DNA from: an uncultured Alphaproteobacteria bacterium
GTDB taxonomy: Bacteria; Pseudomonadota; Alphaproteobacteria; Rs-D84; CACZYB01
Direction: 5' to 3'
DNA: 32,000 nt
Assembly (NCBI GenBank): GCA_934246625.1
Contig: CAKQHZ010000001.1
Span: 90,001 to 122,000 of the forward strand
Both the position numbers and the translations under genes were made by a program. Under the pieces are notes generated by a model. It was not told the DNA's origin. It ran no database searches and saw only the letters and a list, made by a program, of their open reading frames with translations. Positions 26,037 to 32,000 of the stretch are shown here, in pieces (the stretch's first letter is position 1; each line of letters opens with the position of its first letter).

Positions 26037-27668
26037 ATGGAGGGGAATAACAACATTGATGTGGAATTAGCATCTCAACCTGCTAATCCGTTCGAGGGTT
26101 TATCTTTAAAAGATGCAACTGCAAAACTTTTTGCCAATGGGAATACATTGGAATCTGGACCAAAGGGAAAATTTCCTGTGGGTGCGGATACACAAAGTTT
26201 GCTTGCTTTGTTTGCTGATGGAACCTTTCTTGTTTCTGGAACACATAAATTTGATGGTAGAGTTTTAAGTTTCCAATCTTTGGTAAGAAAAAAGGGTGGA
26301 AAAATTGCCAGACCTATTTATGTTTCTATGAGTTTATTGAACTCTATTTATTCATCTAATGAAAAGGCGACAAGTGTAAAATCCTCCTCTGATGACAATT
26401 CATCAAACCAAATGCAAAAGGATTTTGTTGATATTGTTTATAGAGCCGCAGATTTAAAAGTTTCTGATATTCACGTTATCGTTTCTGACCATACAACTGT
26501 GTTGTTCAGAGTTTCAGGAAGTATGCAAACTATACTTGAATATGATAAAAACTGGGGTGAGGCATTTGTGCGTTCTGTGTTCGCGTCTGCGGATATTTCT
26601 GATTCAAACTATGCACAAAACGAATTCCAAGCTGGTCAAAAACTGGGTTCAACACCTCTTCGTGGTGAAAGAGATTTGTATTTGCCAGAAAATATACTTT
26701 CTATTCGTTTGCAATTTAATCCTATTGCGTTTGGTTCACGATATTTGGTTATGCGTTTGTTGTATGCAAATTCTTCTGCCTCAAATGACGATAATTTAAA
26801 AGAATTAGGATTTTCAGATTACGAAGATTCAAAACTTTATAAAATGAGAAGTTTTCCAACTGGGCTTTGTATTATTGCTGGTCCAACAGGTTCTGGTAAG
26901 TCAACAACTCTTCAACGTAATATGATTAAGATGCTTAAGGAAAAAAATTATGAACTTAACCTTATTACGGTGGAAGATCCTCCTGAATACCCTATTCCAG
27001 GTGCAAGACAATTACCTGTGACAAATGCGACAACAGAAGAAGAAAAGGAAGAGGCTTTCAACCTTGCTTTGGCGGCGGCACTTCGTTCTGACCCTGATGC
27101 AATGATGGTCGGTGAAATTCGAACACTTTCTTCTGCGGAATTGACATTCAAGGCCGCATTATCAGGACACAATGTGTGGTCAACACTTCACGCAAATTCT
27201 GCCCCTGCTATTGTGAACAGACTTTTGGATATGGGAATTGATGCGTTTAAATTAAAAGATGCAGAATTAATTCGTGGTCTTCTTTCACAAAGACTTTTTA
27301 AAAAACTATGCCCAAAATGTAGAGAAGCAATTAAAAATCACCCTGATCACCCATCTTATGAAAGATTGGAAAAGGCATTGGGCAAATATGGCATTGAACA
27401 AACTTATATAAAGGGAAAAGGTTGTCCATTTTGTGGTGGAAAGGGAATTGTCGGCCGTATTGTTGCATCTGAAATTATTATTCCTGATTCAACTTTCCTT
27501 GAAAAACTAACAAGTGGTAAAAAAAGTGATGCTGTTCATTATTGGACTAATGAACTTAGTGGTAGAACATTAAAAGAAGATGCGATTGAAAAAATGTTAA
27601 AGGGTATCATTTCCATTGATGAAGTAGAAAGATGGTGTGGTATGATTGATACAGACGCCGTTTATTAA
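26037..27668 (+). CDS. pilQ: Type IVb pilus assembly ATPase (GspE/PilB superfamily, R64 PilQ-like)
   Basis: Walker A GPTGSGKST, ITVEDPPEY, Walker B region DPDAMMVGEIR, His box GHNVWSTLHAN, and tetracysteine CPKC...CPFCGGKG. Confidence 0.85.
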   Translation: MEGNNNIDVELASQPANPFEGLSLKDATAKLFANGNTLESGPKGKFPVGADTQSLLALFADGTFLVSGTHKFDGRVLSFQSLVRKKGGKIARPIYVSMSLLNSIYSSNEKATSVKSSSDDNSSNQMQKDFVDIVYRAADLKVSDIHVIVSDHTTVLFRVSGSMQTILEYDKNWGEAFVRSVFASADISDSNYAQNEFQAGQKLGSTPLRGERDLYLPENILSIRLQFNPIAFGSRYLVMRLLYANSSASNDDNLKELGFSDYEDSKLYKMRSFPTGLCIIAGPTGSGKSTTLQRNMIKMLKEKNYELNLITVEDPPEYPIPGARQLPVTNATTEEEKEEAFNLALAAALRSDPDAMMVGEIRTLSSAELTFKAALSGHNVWSTLHANSAPAIVNRLLDMGIDAFKLKDAELIRGLLSQRLFKKLCPKCREAIKNHPDHPSYERLEKALGKYGIEQTYIKGKGCPFCGGKGIVGRIVASEIIIPDSTFLEKLTSGKKSDAVHYWTNELSGRTLKEDAIEKMLKGIISIDEVERWCGMIDTDAVY

Positions 27669-27679
27669 AGGAGAATATT

Positions 27680-28768
27680 ATGGCTATTCAAAAAGTAATT
27701 CCTTCAAATGCAACGATATTAAAATTATCTCAACTTATGGTTTTGTTGAATAATGAAAAAAGGCTTAAAATTTATTATAAATTGGCAGCCCTTCTTCGCA
27801 ATAAATTTACTTTGATGGATGCCTTAGACAGAATTTGGATGATTGAATCAAAGGACGGACAAAGTCCAGAAGAACCTATGGCTATTGCGGTGGCTTGGTG
27901 GTTAAAGGAATTGGAAAAAGGTTTGTCTTTTTCAACTGCTATAAATGGTTGGGCTCCTGTGCGTGAAAAATTGATGCTTTCTGTTGGTGATGTGTCAAAA
28001 CTTGAAAAGGCTTTACTTAATGTTATAAAGGTTTCAGAAGGTTCAAATAAAATTATTAAACCATTGATAAATGCGGTTACTTATCCGTTATTGATGATTG
28101 GACTTTCACTTCTTATTATTGTGGGTGTTGGTGTGTATATGGTTCCTCCACTTATGGAATTTGCAAAAAATGCACAATGGACAGGAAGTGCAAAATCCTT
28201 GGTTGCACTATCTAATTTTGTGAAAGTTTATTGGTGGACCTTCCCGGCTGTGCTATTTGGGATTATTTTAGTTATATATGTATCATTTGCAAACTTTACT
28301 GGACCTTTGCGTGTATCATTTGATAAATGTCCACCTTGGTCATTATACAGAATGTTCACTGGTGTGAGCTGGCTTATGAGTTTGGCTGCATTGGTAGAAT
28401 CTGGAACTCCTATTTCAAAAGCTATGCAATCATTACGTCAAAATGCTTCACCTTATTTAAGGGAACGTATTGATAAGGCATTGATGTTTATGAAAAATGG
28501 TGATAACTTAGGAACTTCACTTAAAAAATCAGGAACTCATTTCCCAGAAGACGAACTTATCGGCGATTTGGAAATTTATTCTGAACTTGATGGATTTGAA
28601 GACTCTTTAAATGCTGTTGCTTCAGATTATCTTAATACCAGTATTGAAAATATTCAAAAGCAAGCGTCTATGTTAAATTCGTTTGCATTGCTACTTGTTT
28701 CAGGTATTATTGCATGGGTTCTTCTTGGTGTGTTTGATATGCAAAACCAAGTTCAAAATGCGATGTAA
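27680..28768 (+). CDS. pilR: Type IVb pilus inner-membrane platform protein (GspF/PilC family, R64 PilR-like)
   Basis: 362 aa with three hydrophobic segments in a GspF-like arrangement. Follows the ATPase gene directly, with an AGGAG RBS. Confidence 0.75.
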   Translation: MAIQKVIPSNATILKLSQLMVLLNNEKRLKIYYKLAALLRNKFTLMDALDRIWMIESKDGQSPEEPMAIAVAWWLKELEKGLSFSTAINGWAPVREKLMLSVGDVSKLEKALLNVIKVSEGSNKIIKPLINAVTYPLLMIGLSLLIIVGVGVYMVPPLMEFAKNAQWTGSAKSLVALSNFVKVYWWTFPAVLFGIILVIYVSFANFTGPLRVSFDKCPPWSLYRMFTGVSWLMSLAALVESGTPISKAMQSLRQNASPYLRERIDKALMFMKNGDNLGTSLKKSGTHFPEDELIGDLEIYSELDGFEDSLNAVASDYLNTSIENIQKQASMLNSFALLLVSGIIAWVLLGVFDMQNQVQNAM

Positions 28769-28849
28769 AAACAATATAAAAGAAAATGCTTGAAAAAGTT
28801 ATAAATAATTGCTTTAATATGCCTAACAACTGTTAAATGAAAGAGAAAA

Positions 28850-29134
28850 ATGACAAGAAGTGATATTATAAAAAAAATATATCAACACAAATCAAACCTT
28901 TTGATTCGTGATATTGAAAAAATTGTTGATATATTAACAAATACTATATCTTCATCTTTGGCTGAAGGTCATAGAATTGAACTTCGTGGGTTTGGAGTAT
29001 TTGCTCCTAAAAAGCTCGCATCAAAAGTTGCATCAAACCCAAAGGGTGGTGCAAAAATAAATCTTCCTGAAAGAGTTTCTGTTAAATTTAAGGCAGGAAA
29101 ACTTCTTTCAAGCAAAATTAACGATAAAATTTAA
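28850..29134 (+). CDS. ihfB: HU/IHF-family DNA-binding protein, most like integration host factor beta
   Basis: 94 aa. IELRGFGVF...NPKGGAKINLPERVSVKFKAGKLL. The basic residues before NP are weaker than the canonical GRNP. Confidence 0.7.
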   Translation: MTRSDIIKKIYQHKSNLLIRDIEKIVDILTNTISSSLAEGHRIELRGFGVFAPKKLASKVASNPKGGAKINLPERVSVKFKAGKLLSSKINDKI

Positions 29135-29148
29135 GCATTATACAAATT

Positions 29149-29373
29149 ATGATTAAAACTACATTAAATTGGATAGCTTTTTTTATCTTATTTTTTATAA
29201 TAGTATTATTTTCTATTGAAAATGATAATTTGATGATATTAAGTTTATTTCCGTTCAAAGTTGGTATTGAAATGCCCGTGTATCTTTATACTATTACACT
29301 TGCTTTCATTTCATTTTTTACTGGAATAATCTTTTCAAAATTATTTTACAAATCTAAAAAAACTTATAAATAA
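29149..29373 (+). CDS. LapA-domain (DUF1049-like) small inner-membrane protein
   Basis: 74 aa with two TM segments. It lies immediately after ihfB, as in many alphaproteobacteria. Confidence 0.5.
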   Translation: MIKTTLNWIAFFILFFIIVLFSIENDNLMILSLFPFKVGIEMPVYLYTITLAFISFFTGIIFSKLFYKSKKTYK

Positions 29374-29384
29374 AGGAGTTTAAA

Positions 29385-30242
29385 GTGGTAAATTGGATTA
29401 AAGATATTATAAGACCTAAAATTAAAACTATGTTTTCAAAAATAAAAGATGTGCCTGAAAATATGTGGGTGCCATGTCCTAAATGTTCAACTCTTATGTA
29501 TAGAAAGGATTTACATAATCACCTTAACGTTTGCCCAAAATGTGATTATCATTTATTCCTTCAAGTAAATGACAGATTTGACAGTCTTTTTGATGATGCA
29601 AAGTATCAAATAATTGATGCTCCAAAGGTAAAAGAAGATCCTATTAACTTTAAAGATTTAAAGAAATATAAGGATAGATTGGAAACCTATAGAGCAAAAA
29701 CAAAAGCTCAAGATGCGATTTCTGTTGCATTTGGTAAAATTGGTAAAATTGATACTGTTGTATGTGCTTTTAATTTTGAATTTATGGGCGGAAGTATGGG
29801 AACTTTCGTTGGTGAATATATTTTAAAGGGTGCAGAATATGCAGTAAAAAAGAATGCCGCATTTATTGTTATCCCTGCTTCTGGTGGTGCAAGAATGCAA
29901 GAAAGTATGTTATCATTGATGCAAATGGCAAGAACTACACTTGCAGTTAACAAAGTCCGTGATGCTGGACTTCCTTATATCGTTGTATTTGCAAACCCAA
30001 CAATGGGTGGTGTATCTGCTTCTTTTGCAATGCTTGGCGATATTCATATTGCTGAAAAAGGTGCATTGATTGGTTTTGCTGGAAAGCGTGTTATCGAACA
30101 AACAATTAAACAAAAATTACCTCCTGAATTCCAAACTGCTGAATATTTAAAGGATCAAGGTATGGTTGATATTGTTGTTCACAGAAAAGATTTGAAAAAT
30201 ACTTTGGTAAATATCTTAAAAATGCTTATGCACAATAAATAA
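29385..30242 (+). CDS. accD: Acetyl-CoA carboxylase carboxyltransferase beta subunit
   Basis: GTG start 7 nt after AAGGAG. Zn ribbon CPKCSTLMYRKDL...CPKCDYH. Motifs FMGGSMG and SGGARMQES. Confidence 0.92.
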   Translation: MVNWIKDIIRPKIKTMFSKIKDVPENMWVPCPKCSTLMYRKDLHNHLNVCPKCDYHLFLQVNDRFDSLFDDAKYQIIDAPKVKEDPINFKDLKKYKDRLETYRAKTKAQDAISVAFGKIGKIDTVVCAFNFEFMGGSMGTFVGEYILKGAEYAVKKNAAFIVIPASGGARMQESMLSLMQMARTTLAVNKVRDAGLPYIVVFANPTMGGVSASFAMLGDIHIAEKGALIGFAGKRVIEQTIKQKLPPEFQTAEYLKDQGMVDIVVHRKDLKNTLVNILKMLMHNK

Positions 30243-30263
30243 TTTGAAAATAAGGAATTTAAA

Positions 30264-31202
30264 ATGATTTATTTAGATTTTGAAAAAAATATTAAAGAAT
30301 TAGATGTCAAAATTCAAGAACTTGAAGAAGCAAAGGAAACTGCTTCTCGTAAATCAAAACTTGAAAAATTGATTGCTAAACGTGAAGAAGAATTAAAGAA
30401 AATTTATTCAAATCTTTCTTCTTGGGACAGAGTGCAAGTTGCAAGACATGCAAATCGTCCACATGCTATTGACTACATCAATACTATGATTACAGATTTT
30501 GTTGAACTTTGTGGTGATAGAGCATTCGCAAATGATGATGCAATTATCGGTGGTATGGGATACCTTGACGATATGCCTGTTATGGTTATTGCCCAAGAAA
30601 AAGGTAGTGATACAGAATCTCGTATTAAACACAATTTCGGTATGCCAAAACCAGAAGGTTATAGAAAAGCAATAAGACTTATGGACCTTGCAAACAGATT
30701 TGGTCTTCCTGTAATTTTCTTGGTTGATACTGCTGGTGCTTTCCCAGGGGCCGATGCCGAAGCAAGAGGTCAAGCCGAAGCTATTGCTCGTTCAATACAA
30801 AAATGTTTGGATATGGAAGTTCCAACCGTTTGTGTTGTAATTGGGGAAGGTGGTTCTGGTGGTGCAATTGCTATTGCCGTTGCAAATACTATCTTTATGC
30901 TTGAAAATTCAGTTTATTCTGTGATTTCACCAGAAGGTTGTGCTTCTATTCTTTGGAGAAGTCAAGAACACAAACAAGAAGCAACAAAGGCATTGAAAAT
31001 GACTGCTGATGACCTTCTTGAACTTGGCATTATTGATAATATTATCAAGGAACCTGTTGGTGGTGCACATAGAAACAAAGAAGAAGCTATTGCAAATGTT
31101 AAATCTGCTTTGAAAGATGAACTTAAAAAACTTTCTAAATTAAGCAAAAAACAAGTAAAAGAAAAAAGACTTCAAAAATTTGAAAATATGACAAGAATAT
31201 AA
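30264..31202 (+). CDS. accA: Acetyl-CoA carboxylase carboxyltransferase alpha subunit
   Basis: Motifs RHANRPHAIDY, NFGMPKPEGYRKA, DTAGAFPGADAEARGQAEAIA and IGEGGSGGAIAI. Confidence 0.92.
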   Translation: MIYLDFEKNIKELDVKIQELEEAKETASRKSKLEKLIAKREEELKKIYSNLSSWDRVQVARHANRPHAIDYINTMITDFVELCGDRAFANDDAIIGGMGYLDDMPVMVIAQEKGSDTESRIKHNFGMPKPEGYRKAIRLMDLANRFGLPVIFLVDTAGAFPGADAEARGQAEAIARSIQKCLDMEVPTVCVVIGEGGSGGAIAIAVANTIFMLENSVYSVISPEGCASILWRSQEHKQEATKALKMTADDLLELGIIDNIIKEPVGGAHRNKEEAIANVKSALKDELKKLSKLSKKQVKEKRLQKFENMTRI

Positions 31203-31204
31203 TA

Positions 31205-31864
31205 ATGCAACTTTTCATTGTTAGACATGGTGAAACGGAACTTAATGGTCGCGGTATCATTCAATGTCAAGTGGATACCTACTCTATCAATGAAAATGGG
31301 GTGAAAGATGCCAACTATTTAGGGCAAAATCTTCCAAAAGATGTTGATATTATTGTTTCTTCACCATTGAAAAGAACTGTTGCAACAGCGTCTATTATTT
31401 CATCATATACAAATACTTCTATTGTCCTTATTGATGGATTGGAAGAAATGTTTGGTGGAAACATAAATCAAATGACAGTTTCTCAATTCGAAGCAATGAA
31501 ATTCAATCCTCCACTTTTATATAAGGGATTTATTTCTGGTAAAGATTTTATTGTGGGCGAAGGAAAAACAATAAGAGATTGTATGTTTTCAAATAATTTG
31601 GAATATCAAAATTTTGGTTATCCAAATGGTGAAACAAAAAATGATGCAAAAATACGTTTTGAAAAGGCACTTATAAATTTTGCAAATAAAAACCCTCAAT
31701 ACAAAAAAATTATCGTTGTTTCACATGGTTTTACAATAAAATCATTTATTGCAGGCATTCCTGAACTTAACGATTTTCAAATGATGCATCACAGGGATAT
31801 TTTGGAATTTGAACTTTCCAATAACAAATTTATCTTTAAAAACTATATACAGCCAAAAGAATAA
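31205..31864 (+). CDS. Histidine phosphatase family protein (GpmB/CobC-like)
   Basis: N-terminal LFIVRHGETELNG with the catalytic RHG. The second His lies in IVVSHGF. Confidence 0.75.
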   Translation: MQLFIVRHGETELNGRGIIQCQVDTYSINENGVKDANYLGQNLPKDVDIIVSSPLKRTVATASIISSYTNTSIVLIDGLEEMFGGNINQMTVSQFEAMKFNPPLLYKGFISGKDFIVGEGKTIRDCMFSNNLEYQNFGYPNGETKNDAKIRFEKALINFANKNPQYKKIIVVSHGFTIKSFIAGIPELNDFQMMHHRDILEFELSNNKFIFKNYIQPKE

Positions 31865-31865
31865 A

Positions 31866-32000
31866 CTATTCTACCTCTATCCACAAAGGTGTGTGATCAG
31901 ATGGTTTATCATTTCCACGTGGGGAAATATCGATACCGGCATTGGTAATAAGCTCTTTTGCCTTTTCATTTGTTAAGAAATAATCAAGCAAGATACCATA
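31866..32000 (-). CDS. xth: Exodeoxyribonuclease III / AP endonuclease, C-terminal 44 codons (partial, runs off the window)
   Basis: My own minus-strand translation is YGILLDYFLTNEKAKELITNAGIDISPRGNDKPSDHTPLWIEVE*. It resembles the E. coli Xth C-terminus, including the PSDH-x-P-x-W motif. Confidence 0.75.
   Translation of the reverse strand, partial: YGILLDYFLTNEKAKELITNAGIDISPRGNDKPSDHTPLWIEVE

Noticed and set aside
21459-28768. Interpreting the pil cluster as part of an integrative conjugative element, plasmid insertion or other mobile element
   Set aside because: The window has no integrase, relaxase, T4SS genes, flanking direct repeats or tRNA gene. The composition matches the neighbours. 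This cannot be excluded for sequence beyond the window, so I keep it only as a refutation test.
28850-29134. IHF-like protein as a divergent, pilus-associated regulator (GRNP replaced by ASNP)
   Set aside because: The intercalating Pro and the beta-arm are retained. The ihfB-lapA-like pairing is ordinary alphaproteobacterial synteny. The substitution alone is not evidence of a special role.
1-32000. CRISPR arrays, long tandem repeats, insertion sequences, rRNA genes
   Set aside because: I found no regularly spaced direct repeats, transposase-like ORFs or rRNA-like conserved blocks on either strand. The only repeats seen are the short ones reported above.

Overview
AT-rich bacterial chromosomal segment. 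My hand counts on single 60-nt lines give about 23-35% GC for most of it. It is densely packed with 32 CDS. I found no rRNA, tRNA, CRISPR array, transposase or integrase. All protein calls come from motifs I recognise by eye in the supplied translations, not from any search.

Gene content and local synteny look alphaproteobacterial and host-associated or genome-reduced. The evidence is AddA, a divergent DUF721/DsbA pair, and ihfB-lapA-like-accD.

Left to right, the housekeeping backbone is:
- slt and rnhB, then addA (-) with a small coupled ORF
- glgP and mnmE
- rodA-mrdA-mreD-mreC (-)
- a Bax/FlgJ-like glucosaminidase, DUF721 (-) and a DsbA-like oxidoreductase
- rpsD (-), queH (-) and a porin
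- ihfB-like, a LapA-like membrane protein, accD, accA, a histidine phosphatase and the 3' end of xth (-)

Two parts stand out.

1. 21.46-28.77 kb holds a compact six-gene operon. It has the order and motifs of the R64/PAPI-1-type (type IVb) thin-pilus assembly core, pilL-N-O-P-Q-R. It sits among housekeeping genes with host-like composition. It has no pilin, prepilin peptidase, PilM/T/V or any conjugation or integration gene in the window.

2. 17.16-18.80 kb is a roughly 1.6-kb islet between dsbA and rpsD. It is bounded by near-duplicate terminator hairpins that share an exact 16-mer. It contains a 460-bp hairpin-rich leader and two signal-peptide-bearing, cysteine-rich proteins with repeated CxxGY units that look eukaryote-like. 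The DNA of these two genes is visibly GC-richer (about 40-58% on hand-counted lines) than the rest of the window.

Smaller oddities:
- addA without an adjacent addB
- mreCD-mrdA-rodA without an adjacent mreB
- a strong promoter plus structured leader for rpsD
- convergent gene-end overlaps
- E/K-rich or acidic low-complexity regions in exported proteins
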